49,002 nt of DNA from a virus (Duplodnaviria > Caudoviricetes): positions 1-49,002 of the IMG/VR virus record IMGVR_UViG_3300049142_000071. One strand, 5' to 3'. The notes beneath the pieces were generated by a model that saw only the letters and a list, made by a program, of their open reading frames with translations, made no database searches and had not been told where the DNA came from. Both the position numbers and the translations under genes were made by a program. The first letter of the stretch is position 1. Each line of letters begins with the position of its first letter. Of the stretch, positions 7,353-17,195 are shown one piece after another.

Positions 7353-9656
7353 TCAGACCTGGTACCAGGCCCAGGCGGTGCCGTTGTACACGGCCTGGAA
7401 GCGCGCGAAGTTGCCTGCACTCACGGTCGTGGTGGTGCTGCCGGTGGCAGTGCCGGTCGGGTAGATCAGCTGCCCGGCCGTCGTCGCCACGGTGAGCGTG
7501 CCGGTGCCGGTGTTCTTCGCGACGTACTCCACCGCGCAGTAGTCGGCATTCGGCAGCGTCAGCGTCAGGGGCCCCGAGGTGGTGTCCATCAGGACCGTAC
7601 GGTCGATCGGACTGGTCGTGTAGTTCGCCGTCTTCCGGACGATCGCCCGCGGCGCCTGACCGTCGATCAGCTCGATCCCTGACGGCTGCACGACAGTGAC
7701 CCCGGAGCGGGTGAACAGCCCGGTCAGGGTGATCTTCCCGAGGGCGCCCGCCAGGGCCGCGGTCGAGTTGCCGTCGAACGTCGGTGTCCCGGACTCGGTC
7801 TGCAGCTGGTCGATGTCGACGCGCGGCCCCACGCCCTGACTGCCCACGCCGATGAAGTACACCTGCCGCGTGCACTGCTCGATGCTCGCGGTACCCACGA
7901 ACATCGGGTGTGCGGCGCCTACCGACCCGGCGTACGTGCCCACCGGACACAGCCCCGCCCAGCAGTAAAGGATCATGACGTGGTCGATTCGGGTGTGCTC
8001 GCTGAAGAACAACCCGTAGGTGAAGCCACCTTGGATGCTGAGGTTCTTGACGCGGGTCAGGACGTTGTTGCCCGGTGCCGGCATCAGGGCGGCGATGCTC
8101 AGGCCGGTGCCGAACACACCGGGGCTGGTGTAGTCGGTGCCGGGGACCACGCCGAGGGTGGAGATGCTGACGTTCTCCACATGGGCGTTGGCGGCGCCGA
8201 ACAGGTTGAAGGCCCCGTACGAGATCCCGAAGGCGGTGTGCGGGAGGAGAAACGCCATGTCGGTGATCATCGGCATGACGTTGGAGAAACGGGCCACCGC
8301 CCCGTACGCCAGCCCGTTGCTCGTGCCCTCATTGGGCGCCGAGATGATGCCAGGGTTGCCGTTCGCGTTGATGTCCGCGAGCTGTGCTGCTGTTGAGGCG
8401 TAGAACCCGAAGCTGATCCAGCAAGAGCCGCCGTACTGCGGCACCTTCTGCTCCCAGTGCCTAACGCCGGCGCCGGACACGGCCCCTCGGAAGTGGGGAA
8501 TCTTCTTCACACCGGTGGTCGGGTAGACACTGATCGGCACCTGGCCGTTGCCGCTCTTGCTGGTGTCGAGTGGCCCGTCGAGGATGTACGCGCCTGGCGG
8601 GCTGTAGACCTCCGCGGTGGTGTGGTCGGCAACGAGATACGCCTCGGCGGCCGCTGTCGCCGCGCGGATCGCTGTGTAGTTGTTGGTCCCGAAGACCACG
8701 ACCGCGTTGCTGATGCTGGTCGGCGGGGCCGTGGTGAGGCCCATGCTGGTGGGGCTGTTGTAGCTGGCGAAGGTGGTCTTGAAGGCGGTCACGCCGAACG
8801 TGCCCGCGCCTTGGACCAGGACCGACTTCCCTACCAGGCCGGCGTGGAACCGGGCGCTGGTCGTGCACGTGAGCGTCGGGACTCCGAGAGTGACTTGACC
8901 GTCGAAGACGAGCACCGCGTCTCCGACCGCGCCGTAGTCGGTGACGTCGAACACCCACTCCGGGCTGCTGCCGGACGGGTCTGCCCACGCTGCGGCATCG
9001 TCGCCGGTGGCGGTCAGCACCTGCCCGGCGGCAGGCGTCCCCGACACCGAGACCCCGTTGACGGCCACGACCCCTGGGTCCGGGTAGTTGCCGCCGAGGT
9101 CGCCGCCGGCCGGGCCGGACGGAGGCCGGGAACCGGTGAACCGCTCGTCGTCCCCCGCGGCCACCGTGCCCGCCTCGGTGCCGACGTCAGCTGTCGCCGC
9201 TTCCCCCAGCTCGAGGTTGTCGCGCGCCGCGGCCGGGTTAGGGAGGTCGCCCAGGTTCTGGGCCTTGGCGAGCAGGGTGGAGGCGTCGGCGAGCACAGCG
9301 AACTCGCCGGCCACGGGGTCTGGGATCAGCACGTCGGACAGGACGACGCTTGGCGTGGCCTTCGGCAGGCTGATGTACCGGACCCAGTTCGGCGCGTTGG
9401 TGAAGTCGCTCTCCACCTTGTACGTCCCGCCCGACGGGTTCATACCGGTCGCGTCCGTGGCCACCAGGGGCACGGTGAACTCGCCGTTCTCGAGGTGCGC
9501 TACGGCCGTCCCGCCGAACGTGAAGTCGTCCTCGGCGACCGTCGCCAAGCCGGGGCCCGTGAAGAGCAACCGGCCCTTGATCCACTTTCCGTCTGGCCGG
9601 GTTAGCGGCCGACCTGAGGAGACGGTGACGGTCTCCACACCGGCAGGCAGAGGCAT
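7353..9656 (-). CDS. Tailspike/fibre-like protein with beta-helix (pectate-lyase-like) domain
   Basis: WVFDVTDYGAVGD motif typical of beta-helix N-termini; Gly/Thr/Ser-rich. RBS GAGGAG upstream of ATG 9656; the ORF-track start at 10103 is too long. Confidence 0.75.
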   Translation of the reverse strand: MPLPAGVETVTVSSGRPLTRPDGKWIKGRLLFTGPGLATVAEDDFTFGGTAVAHLENGEFTVPLVATDATGMNPSGGTYKVESDFTNAPNWVRYISLPKATPSVVLSDVLIPDPVAGEFAVLADASTLLAKAQNLGDLPNPAAARDNLELGEAATADVGTEAGTVAAGDDERFTGSRPPSGPAGGDLGGNYPDPGVVAVNGVSVSGTPAAGQVLTATGDDAAAWADPSGSSPEWVFDVTDYGAVGDAVLVFDGQVTLGVPTLTCTTSARFHAGLVGKSVLVQGAGTFGVTAFKTTFASYNSPTSMGLTTAPPTSISNAVVVFGTNNYTAIRAATAAAEAYLVADHTTAEVYSPPGAYILDGPLDTSKSGNGQVPISVYPTTGVKKIPHFRGAVSGAGVRHWEQKVPQYGGSCWISFGFYASTAAQLADINANGNPGIISAPNEGTSNGLAYGAVARFSNVMPMITDMAFLLPHTAFGISYGAFNLFGAANAHVENVSISTLGVVPGTDYTSPGVFGTGLSIAALMPAPGNNVLTRVKNLSIQGGFTYGLFFSEHTRIDHVMILYCWAGLCPVGTYAGSVGAAHPMFVGTASIEQCTRQVYFIGVGSQGVGPRVDIDQLQTESGTPTFDGNSTAALAGALGKITLTGLFTRSGVTVVQPSGIELIDGQAPRAIVRKTANYTTSPIDRTVLMDTTSGPLTLTLPNADYCAVEYVAKNTGTGTLTVATTAGQLIYPTGTATGSTTTTVSAGNFARFQAVYNGTAWAWYQV

Positions 9657-9666
9657 GACGTGCTCC

Positions 9667-10347
9667 TCACGTGTACTGGCGGCGAGTGGGGTCGAGACCG
9701 GCGGACAGCAAGCTGCTGCTTTCGTTGCTGGGCTCGGGGTCGGGGGCGTCGTCCTTACGGCACACCAGGGCATTCGGGTCCCAGGACGGGGCCTCCAAGT
9801 GATAGCCGGACGGACACGTCTGCCCGTCCTTGCCCGCAGGTCCCGCAGGTCCCGCAGGGCCCGCGGGTCCTGTCGGGCCGGGCTCGCCCTGCGGGCCGGC
9901 GGGACCAGTGGGGCCCGGTGCCCCGGGGGGCCCTGCGGCACCGGGCTCGCCCGCGGTCCCGTCCTGACCGTCCTGACCGTTCTGGCCGGGTGCACCTGGT
10001 GCGCCCGTCGCTCCTGGGGACCCTGACGGCCCGGGTGTTCCGGGATCGCCCTGCGGGCCGCGTGGCCCGGGGATCGGGACCGGTACCCGGGTGCGCTCGT
10101 CAAGGTCCTTCACGGCCTGGCTCGGGTCCGGGGCCTTCGGTGTCTCGCCCGCTGCCTTCACCTGCTCGCGCAGGATCCTCACGTCCGAGGCCAGAGTGCC
10201 GACAGCTTGGCCCCGCCGGTCGGCTTCGTCGGCCAGCTGGTTGAACACGGACCAGCCGACGACAGCCACGCCAGTCAGCGCGATCAGCCAGCAGAAGACG
10301 GCGATCCACCGCCAGCGCCCTGCCAGGGCCCGCTCTGCACGGGTCAC
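9667..10347 (-). CDS. Membrane-anchored collagen-like protein in the lysis cassette
   Basis: N-terminal TM ([19 protein letters not shown]), coiled coil, 28 consecutive G-X-Y triplets, then CPSGY...C. Confidence 0.85.
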   Translation of the reverse strand: MTRAERALAGRWRWIAVFCWLIALTGVAVVGWSVFNQLADEADRRGQAVGTLASDVRILREQVKAAGETPKAPDPSQAVKDLDERTRVPVPIPGPRGPQGDPGTPGPSGSPGATGAPGAPGQNGQDGQDGTAGEPGAAGPPGAPGPTGPAGPQGEPGPTGPAGPAGPAGPAGKDGQTCPSGYHLEAPSWDPNALVCRKDDAPDPEPSNESSSLLSAGLDPTRRQYT

Positions 10348-10634
10348 TGAGGATCGCCTCCCAGATTGACGACTTGGATCCGGAGGCGCGCGCGCTCTTC
10401 CCGTAGGCGCGCGTTTTCCTCTCGGTCGGCGAGGCGCTGCTCGAGCAGCGCCTCGATCTTCTGGTCCTTGGCGGCGACCTGCTCACGCAGCTTGTCGCGC
10501 TCCTCCTGGACCTGGTCCAACTCGGAGTTCCAGCGGGCGGTTGCGTTCTCGCCCCGCTTGCCGAGGTACGCCACCACGCTGCCGGACATGACCCCGATCA
10601 GCGCGAGGAGTGCGCCGATGGTGGTGGCGTCCAA
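10344..10634 (-). CDS. Lysis-cassette membrane protein (one TM plus coiled coil)
   Basis: [19 protein letters not shown] followed by an E/Q/R heptad-rich segment; GTGA coupling to the next gene. Confidence 0.75.
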   Translation of the reverse strand: MDATTIGALLALIGVMSGSVVAYLGKRGENATARWNSELDQVQEERDKLREQVAAKDQKIEALLEQRLADREENARLREERARLRIQVVNLGGDPQ

Positions 10635-10689
10635 GGAGGCTCCCCTTACTTATCCGAACTCCCCCGTTGGCTGATGTACGAGCCGTGTG

Positions 10690-10959
10690 TCAGACGCCCT
10701 TGGCCGTGGACGCGCTGTTCGCCGCCCCGCGCCAGCGCGCCAACAGGCCCTTGCCGAGGGCGACGACAGCCGCGAGGCCGCCGGTCCCGACGGCCTGCCA
10801 GAACGAGGCGTGGAACATGTCAGCCGGGCCGGACGCGGTCACGACCGCGGCGGTCCCACCGAGGAATGTCCAGGTGACGCGCTCGGCGAGGTCTCTGGCG
10901 TAGGTCCCCGCGGTCTTGATGACGGTCTCGGCCTCGCCGGACAGGGTGTACTCGGGCAT
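10690..10959 (-). CDS. Holin (r1t-like)
   Basis: 89 aa, DLAERVTWTFL motif, two hydrophobic segments, directly downstream of the endolysin. Confidence 0.75.
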   Translation of the reverse strand: MPEYTLSGEAETVIKTAGTYARDLAERVTWTFLGGTAAVVTASGPADMFHASFWQAVGTGGLAAVVALGKGLLARWRGAANSASTAKGV

Positions 10960-10980
10960 GGTGATGGTTCCTTTCGGGGG

Positions 10981-11907
10981 TCAGGCGGTGACGGTGAACA
11001 GCCCGGTTTTGGCACCGAGCTGGGTGAGGGACTTGATGCCGGGGATGCCGTTGGCGTCGGCGCCGGTGTAGCCGAGGTGGCGCTGCCACTTGCCGTACGC
11101 CGTGACGGTCGTGCTGCCGAAGGAGCCGTCGCCGGCGTAGGCCTTGCTGAGGTACCCGAGCTTGAGGAGGGCGGCCTCGACGAGGTTGGTGCCGGCCATG
11201 TACGTGACGTGGCCCTGCTTCGCGCCAGGGTCGGTCTTGGCCGCGGCGATGAGGCGGGACAGGTCGACCTTGGGCTTCGACGGGGAGGGAGCGGGCGAGG
11301 TGACCGGCTTCCCCGGGGTCTTCGCGAGCTGCTTCTTCACGTCGGCGCGGAAGGTGTCCATGTCGAAGCTCGGGTCGATCTTCCCGGGCTGGACCTCCTT
11401 GTGCCCGGCGACCGACTTCTCCGACCAGCCGTGCGCGCGGCAGATGGCGGCCGCCCAGAGGACGGCCTGTCGGTACTGGTCCGTCGGATATGGGTCCTCG
11501 CCGTTGCCGAGGTTTTCGATCTCCAGCCCGTACAGGGAGTCGTTGCCGTCGGTGTCAGCGCGGTCGTCCTTCGGCAGGGGCGAGGACTCGGCCATCAGGG
11601 CGTGGATGACGTCGCCGTCGACGAGACCGGCGTGATTGGCGCGGCCGCTCCCGATCATCCAGAGGCCGGCGGTCTTGCCCAGCCAGGTGTGGCAGAGCGG
11701 GCCGGGCAGCCCCGAACGGCCGTTGAAGCAGAGTTCCTTGTCGTTGTGGCCGGCGGTGTGGTGGATCAGCACGCCGACCACGGGGCCGAAGCTCTTGCCG
11801 GTCGCGGCGTCGCGGTTGTGGGTCTTCCAGTCGGCGTGCTCGTGCACGGTGAGACCCTCAGCCTTCAGTGCGGCCAGCATCTTCGCCGCGGACAGGGGCG
11901 TGGCCAT
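10981..11907 (-). CDS. Endolysin: N-acetylmuramoyl-L-alanine amidase plus peptidoglycan-binding domain
   Basis: VLIHHTAG, GRANHAG, GLEIEN, GHKE...KIDP (Amidase_2); C-terminal DGSFGSTT/ANGIPG repeats; TGATG coupling at 11907. Confidence 0.92.
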   Translation of the reverse strand: MATPLSAAKMLAALKAEGLTVHEHADWKTHNRDAATGKSFGPVVGVLIHHTAGHNDKELCFNGRSGLPGPLCHTWLGKTAGLWMIGSGRANHAGLVDGDVIHALMAESSPLPKDDRADTDGNDSLYGLEIENLGNGEDPYPTDQYRQAVLWAAAICRAHGWSEKSVAGHKEVQPGKIDPSFDMDTFRADVKKQLAKTPGKPVTSPAPSPSKPKVDLSRLIAAAKTDPGAKQGHVTYMAGTNLVEAALLKLGYLSKAYAGDGSFGSTTVTAYGKWQRHLGYTGADANGIPGIKSLTQLGAKTGLFTVTA

Positions 11908-12179
11908 CAGACACGCTCCGGCCATGCCCAGTGGAACGACCCCTCGCCGAGCGTGCGCGAGGTCGCCCAGAAGGTGTCGGTCCCGTCCAGGAGCACCTGG
12001 AGGTTGACCGCCGACTCTGGTGTCTCGCCGAAGATGCGGACGATCACCGCCGGGTAGACGTCGCCCTCCCGTGCCTGGTTTCCAGCCAGCACGAAGGAGT
12101 CTGTGCGGCGCCGGTTGATCTCGTCGGCGTCCTGCTCGCTGAGGGTGTAGTGGACGATGCGCCCAAGGGACGGTTTCAC
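11907..12179 (-). CDS. Conserved phage hypothetical protein
   Basis: MKPSLGRIVHY...YPAVIVRIF...VNLQVLLDG...WAWPERV; RBS GGAGG. Confidence 0.75.
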   Translation of the reverse strand: MKPSLGRIVHYTLSEQDADEINRRRTDSFVLAGNQAREGDVYPAVIVRIFGETPESAVNLQVLLDGTDTFWATSRTLGEGSFHWAWPERV

Positions 12180-12246
12180 GATGCCTCCAAAGAGAATGCC
12201 CCGGGCCGGGCGGCGCGGGGCGTGCGGGCGGGGTGAGACGGGTCGG

Positions 12247-12393
12247 TCAGACCGACGGACCCTCTGAAGTGGGTGGCTCGGGCGGGGTGTCGGTGGGGAC
12301 GGGCTCGGGCTCGGCCAGGCCGAGGTCCTCGAGGGTCCCCATGTCCCCAGCAGCCAGGGACGGCTGAGGCTGGGTGGGCAGCGGTACGAGCAC
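12247..12393 (-). CDS. Small Pro/acidic hypothetical protein
   Basis: 48-codon ORF filling the gap after a tail gene; GAGAGG upstream of GTG. Confidence 0.4.
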   Translation of the reverse strand: MLVPLPTQPQPSLAAGDMGTLEDLGLAEPEPVPTDTPPEPPTSEGPSV

Positions 12394-12410
12394 GGAGGCG
12401 GGCCTCTCTG

Positions 12411-13052
12411 TCAGGGGGCGGGCTCGACGAGGAGTTCGCCGCTGAGGGTCTCGGCCGTCGAGGACGTGCCGGAGCTGATGTTCCACTGCGGGATGATCGT
12501 GATCGTCTCTCCGGCGGTCATCCCGGTCAGGAGCGTCCGCTTCGAGGCGACCACACGTTTGCCCTGAGCCGACAGGCCGGTGCGGGTGAGGTTCGAGAAG
12601 GTGAAGCCCAAGCTTCCCGTCGCCCGCCAGGCCGCCCAGATCGTGCTGGTGTCGGTGTTCGTGTTCGAGATGCTGGCGCTGATGGTGACGAAGGCCTTGC
12701 CGGACGGCGGTGCGGTGAAGACCGGCCGCGGCCAAGCGCCGGACGAATAGTCGACAGTGGTCTGCGTCTGGTTGTACGGCGCGTCGGAGACCTGGAACGT
12801 CTGCACCGGCTGAGGCGGCCACACGATCCAGGAACTGTTGCTGTAGATCTCCAGGCGCCGCTCGGCCGTCAGCCACACCGTCATGCCCTCAACCGGCGCC
12901 GTGAGCGCTGCGTTGCGGGCCGATGCCGAGGCGAACCGCATCACGCTCCGGCCGGTCAGGGCGTTGATCGTGGCGATCAGCGCCTCGATGTTGGGCTCGT
13001 CCGACAGGGTCGGGGCCGGGATGCTCTGGGCGAAGGAGTCGGTGGTGGCCAT
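12411..13052 (-). CDS. Minor tail protein
   Basis: MRFASASARNAALTAPVEGMTVWL motif common in actinophage tail proteins; gene position. Confidence 0.75.
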   Translation of the reverse strand: MATTDSFAQSIPAPTLSDEPNIEALIATINALTGRSVMRFASASARNAALTAPVEGMTVWLTAERRLEIYSNSSWIVWPPQPVQTFQVSDAPYNQTQTTVDYSSGAWPRPVFTAPPSGKAFVTISASISNTNTDTSTIWAAWRATGSLGFTFSNLTRTGLSAQGKRVVASKRTLLTGMTAGETITIIPQWNISSGTSSTAETLSGELLVEPAP

Positions 13053-13068
13053 GGCCGCCCCTCTCTGG

Positions 13069-13833
13069 TCAGGAGACGCGGTGCAGGCGCATCCACGAAT
13101 CGGCGTACAAGAAGGTGGCCGTGGCGCTGGAGCCGCCCTGTGCCCAGGCCAGGGCGACGTTTCCGGCCGTGGCAGCGACACGGATCGTGCCGGAGATATG
13201 GACGGCGAACTTGGTGGTGCTGATGGCGCCGTACGTGCGGGTGCCGGTGATGTCGGTGGCCTCGGTGCGGATCGTGTAGCCCGCCGTCGAGCTGACGTCC
13301 AGCTGAGTTCCACCGCTGCCCGTGGCGGACGCGAGGGTGGTGCCGTTACCGAGACCGATCCAGGTGCCGGCCGTGCTCGCGGGCACCGACCAGCCGAGCA
13401 GGATGTCGGAAGCCCCGGAGTAGAAGACGACCGCGTTGAGGTCGTAGACGGCGCCCGCGGTCACGGGCAGCACGATCTGCGTGTCAGCGGCCGCCGTGGC
13501 GGTGTTCGCGCGGGAGGTGTCGGCCGTGCGGATCGCTGTGCGCGTCGCGCCGATGGCGTCGGCGGCGGTGGCCGGGCGGCCGAGAGCGATCCAGTTCCCG
13601 TTGCCGGACTGCAGGAGGACGATGCTGTCGCCGACGGCCGGGTTGCGGTAGACGTCTTCCAGGTAGCGGGCCCGGATGGCGCCCACGTCGACGGTGCCCG
13701 GTGTCACGCCGACGGCGGTGACGGTCGCTGTCTGGAAGTCCGAGCGGCGTACGGCCGGATCGCTGGAGGCCTGCCGTCTGGCCTCGGCGAGGAGAGCGTC
13801 GACGAGCGAGGCCTCCGCGGAGGAGAGTTGCAT
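13069..13833 (-). CDS. Minor tail protein
   Basis: Thr/Ala/Gly-rich beta protein; TGATG-coupled within the tail operon. Confidence 0.7.
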   Translation of the reverse strand: MQLSSAEASLVDALLAEARRQASSDPAVRRSDFQTATVTAVGVTPGTVDVGAIRARYLEDVYRNPAVGDSIVLLQSGNGNWIALGRPATAADAIGATRTAIRTADTSRANTATAAADTQIVLPVTAGAVYDLNAVVFYSGASDILLGWSVPASTAGTWIGLGNGTTLASATGSGGTQLDVSSTAGYTIRTEATDITGTRTYGAISTTKFAVHISGTIRVAATAGNVALAWAQGGSSATATFLYADSWMRLHRVS

Positions 13834-14933
13834 CAGGAGTCCTCCTTGCCGCCGATCAGCGACAGCGTGAACTCGCTGGAAGGCTCCAGGCCGATGGTCA
13901 GCGACTGCACCTGGTGGAGCTCACGCGTGCCGTCCAGGTAGATGGCACGCAGCACGTCTCCGGGCTCCAGGGCGGGGTTGGGGAGGCTGGACAGATCAGC
14001 GACCGCGTTCGGCAGCCGCCTCGAGGCGAGCTCGGCCGTCGCGGCCGCCGTGCACGCGGCCGTGGTCGTCAGCGTCGACGAGGAGATGAAGTCCGGCCGG
14101 TGCCCGAAGGGGCCGCCCCAGTAGGTCGGTGAGGTGGGGTCGTTGTCGACTACCAGCGCCGAGACGCGGACGGTGTTGTCTTCGGTGTTCTCGCCCGTGG
14201 CCAGGATCCCGTTGAAGACGCCGGCGGCAGACATGCCGCCGCTGGCCTTGATGAGCGTGCCGCGCTCGCCCGCGGCGACGTCCCACACCGGTGGTGTGGT
14301 GAGCGGGTCCGGGAGCGGGGCGACGACGAGGGTGCCGTTCGCGTCGCAGTAGACCTCGCAGCCAGCTGCTCGGGCCACCTCGCGGATGGCGTCCATGCGG
14401 TCGCCTTGCACGTCCCACGTGGTGGTGCCGATCGCTGTGTCGACGAGGCGGCTGGTGTCCACGGACAGGGACGGCATTGACGACGACACCAGGTAGTTGA
14501 TCGCGGTGGACACCGTGCCGTAGCCGCGCGTTGAGGTGGCGACGGTGAACTTGTCGTCCGACAGGTAGGCCTCGAATGACTTGCCCTCGAGCGTGACCGG
14601 ACCCAGGGCGCGGTCCCCGGTGACCTGGTCCACGCGGAAGACGCCGAGCGGCACGAGCTCGCGCTTGCCGCCGCCGTAGTCGATGCCCCGCCGGATCACC
14701 AGGTAGGCGCCGTAGACGTTGACCCGGTCGCGGGCCGAGCGCGGAATGAGGGACACGTCGGGCACGGTCACCGTGCAGGTGCGCCGGCAGGCCGAGCCGC
14801 GGTCCGCGGTGACCGAACCCCCGGTGTGCTCGAGGAGCTCCACCACACCGTCCGTGCGGTGGAGCTCCACCTCGGAGATCACGCGGTGGGACTCGGCGAG
14901 GGTGTTCAGGAAGCGGGCGGTGGCCGGGTACAC
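13833..14933 (-). CDS. Minor tail / baseplate hub protein (DUF5047-like)
   Basis: GGSVTADRGSACRRTCTVTV, VPLGVFRV, PNPALEPGDV; second gene after the tape measure. Confidence 0.75.
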   Translation of the reverse strand: MYPATARFLNTLAESHRVISEVELHRTDGVVELLEHTGGSVTADRGSACRRTCTVTVPDVSLIPRSARDRVNVYGAYLVIRRGIDYGGGKRELVPLGVFRVDQVTGDRALGPVTLEGKSFEAYLSDDKFTVATSTRGYGTVSTAINYLVSSSMPSLSVDTSRLVDTAIGTTTWDVQGDRMDAIREVARAAGCEVYCDANGTLVVAPLPDPLTTPPVWDVAAGERGTLIKASGGMSAAGVFNGILATGENTEDNTVRVSALVVDNDPTSPTYWGGPFGHRPDFISSSTLTTTAACTAAATAELASRRLPNAVADLSSLPNPALEPGDVLRAIYLDGTRELHQVQSLTIGLEPSSEFTLSLIGGKEDS

Positions 14934-14936
14934 CGA

Positions 14937-17192
14937 TCATCCCCCTTCCCTGGGCCGGTTGAGGAGCACGTCGAACCAGGTGGCGTACTTGCGTAGGACG
15001 TCGCCCCACGTCGCGTTCTCCACCCGGATGTCGTTCCAGAGGCGGTCGGCGGACCCGCTCTGCCCGCCGGTGGGCCGGTCGACCTGGGTCAGCGGCAGAG
15101 TCCACTCGTCCCAGCCGCTGTCGGGGTCGGGGTCCGGGGTGTCGGGCACGGCCCCGACCGAGGCATACAGGTCGCTCCAGCCGCTCGCTGGGGAGGCCTG
15201 CACGAAGACGACGTGCCCCGGGGCGAGCAGCCAGTTGAGGCCGGCCTTCTCGTCGGCGGTGCGGGTGAACACGCCCAGCTCGCCGGTGTATCCCGCGCGC
15301 ACACCGGTGAGGACCACTGAGTTGCGGCGGCCCAGCACCCGGTGCGCGCCCTCCTCGATGTCCTGGGTGAGGGTGGGTAGCGGGTCCCGGGCCATGAGGC
15401 GGATGTTGCGCTGTGGCTCGAGCGGGTCCTTGAGCCACACCAGCAGCCGTGACCCGGCTGCCAGGGTGACCGTGCTCGTTCTGCGGTAGGTGATGACCAT
15501 GCCGGTGGTCGTCGAGCGGATCTCCGCCTGGTAGTACACGGCCACGCCGAGCGGCGCCTCGTAGTCCTCGGCATGGAACTCGTCGCTGACCAGCGGGACT
15601 TGGTCGATCAGGCCGTCGCTGCCGCGGACCAGGTCGCGTTTGCCGTCCGCGGTCACCCGGTACAGGGTGATCGGTGCTCCGGCGGTCAGCTCACGCAGCA
15701 CGATGTCGATCGAGCCGGTGGTGTCGTCGGCCGTGATCTCGCTCTGAGGCTTGATCTGGCGCAGGGACACGCTGTCGATCTGCAGCGTCGAGGATGCGGA
15801 CGTCGCGGTGAGCGTGAACTCGAGCTGGGCGGTGACCGCGCCGGCGGGCGCGGCCTGGTCGTCCTGGATCGTGTACCACAGGCCGTCCGAGGGCAGAGCC
15901 GCGGACGACGAGGTGGTGGTGGAGATCAGCGTCGAGGAGGCGTTGAACCAGCGGATCCCGACGGTGAGCGTCCAGCCACCTGCGACCCGTTTGAAGGCGC
16001 CGCCGACCCGCCAGTTCACGCCCGCGGTCACCTTGTAGGTGCCGGAGCGCAGCACGCTCGCGGTGGCCGTGCTGCTGGTGACGGTGAGGCTGTAGGAGTC
16101 GGAGTAGGCCTGCCCGCCCCATGGGGTGGAGCGGGCCAGCGCGGCCACGCCGGAGGACGTCGTCCAGGAGCCCACGCCCTGTTCGAACCCGGAGTCGGCG
16201 AACAGCACCACGTTGTCGTTGGTCAGGCTGTTGGTCGTCGCGCTGGTGCGTTCCTTGACCACCACACCGTCGAAGCGCACGACCTGGGTGGCGCTCGCGC
16301 CGGTGATGCCCAGTGCGATGCTCGCGGTGACAGCGCCAGCCGGGGCCACGGCGGAGGCGATCTGCCGGTAGGCGCCGGTGGCGGGCGGCGCCACGGTGGA
16401 GCGGGTCGCCTGGATCTGGGCGCCGGCCGCGTTGTAGAACCGCAGCTCCGACCAGACGGTGGAGCCGCTGGTGGGCGGGTTGATGTACCCGTAGGCCAGG
16501 TACTCTCGGCCGGCCACCACCGAGGGCCGCTCCGCGCACAGCACGGAGGCGTTGCCCGCTGCGGTGACCGTCATGGTCAGCATCGGGCCGCCGGAGTAGT
16601 ACCAGTTGACCGACCACGAGAACACCGGCACCGTGCGCGAGAGGGTCGCGTTGGACTCCACCGTCCAGGCGCTGGTGTCCAGCAGCATCTGCTCGGCGTT
16701 GAACGACAGCAGGTTCTTGGCGAACCGCTGAGGCAGCCCCAGGTAGATGTTCTCGAAGAACTGGGTGACGTTGGCGGCGGCCGGGGTCATCGACGACAGG
16801 ATGACCCGGGCCGTGACCGCACCGAGCGGGGCGACACCGCCGACCGCGATGCGGTGCCAGCCCGCGGATGCCGTCGCGGTGACCGGCGACCAGGTGATCG
16901 AGAGTTCAGCCGCCGCCGCATCCAGCCACTGGATGCCGATCCGCTCCGGCACGGTCCCGCCGGCGGCGTCCGCGAAGGCCTCGTAGGTCTCGCCGACGGT
17001 GACCGGGTACTGCGAGACCGTACGGGCCTGCGCCTCCCCGGCCGCCACCGACTTGACCATGAGGCAGCCGTCACCGCCGGTACGACCGCCCGAGCCGAGG
17101 CCCAGCGTGGCGTTGAGCTTCGCCGTCCAGCCGCTGGTGCCAGGGTCGATCGTCTCCGTGGTCGGCGACAGGAAGTTCCCGGGGATGGCCAT
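14937..17192 (-). CDS. Distal tail-like protein with three carbohydrate-binding-like repeats
   Basis: First gene after the tape measure; three units of roughly 150 aa each ending in APxGAVTA. Confidence 0.7.
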   Translation of the reverse strand: MAIPGNFLSPTTETIDPGTSGWTAKLNATLGLGSGGRTGGDGCLMVKSVAAGEAQARTVSQYPVTVGETYEAFADAAGGTVPERIGIQWLDAAAAELSITWSPVTATASAGWHRIAVGGVAPLGAVTARVILSSMTPAAANVTQFFENIYLGLPQRFAKNLLSFNAEQMLLDTSAWTVESNATLSRTVPVFSWSVNWYYSGGPMLTMTVTAAGNASVLCAERPSVVAGREYLAYGYINPPTSGSTVWSELRFYNAAGAQIQATRSTVAPPATGAYRQIASAVAPAGAVTASIALGITGASATQVVRFDGVVVKERTSATTNSLTNDNVVLFADSGFEQGVGSWTTSSGVAALARSTPWGGQAYSDSYSLTVTSSTATASVLRSGTYKVTAGVNWRVGGAFKRVAGGWTLTVGIRWFNASSTLISTTTSSSAALPSDGLWYTIQDDQAAPAGAVTAQLEFTLTATSASSTLQIDSVSLRQIKPQSEITADDTTGSIDIVLRELTAGAPITLYRVTADGKRDLVRGSDGLIDQVPLVSDEFHAEDYEAPLGVAVYYQAEIRSTTTGMVITYRRTSTVTLAAGSRLLVWLKDPLEPQRNIRLMARDPLPTLTQDIEEGAHRVLGRRNSVVLTGVRAGYTGELGVFTRTADEKAGLNWLLAPGHVVFVQASPASGWSDLYASVGAVPDTPDPDPDSGWDEWTLPLTQVDRPTGGQSGSADRLWNDIRVENATWGDVLRKYATWFDVLLNRPREGG

Positions 17193-17195
17193 GGA

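Noticed and set aside
9800-10070. Repetitive DNA as a possible CRISPR or iteron array
   Set aside because: Fully explained by collagen G-X-Y codons; no repeat-spacer structure.
7353-17192. Diversity-generating retroelement or invertible tail-fibre system
   Set aside because: No reverse transcriptase, invertase or template/variable repeat pair was seen in the window.
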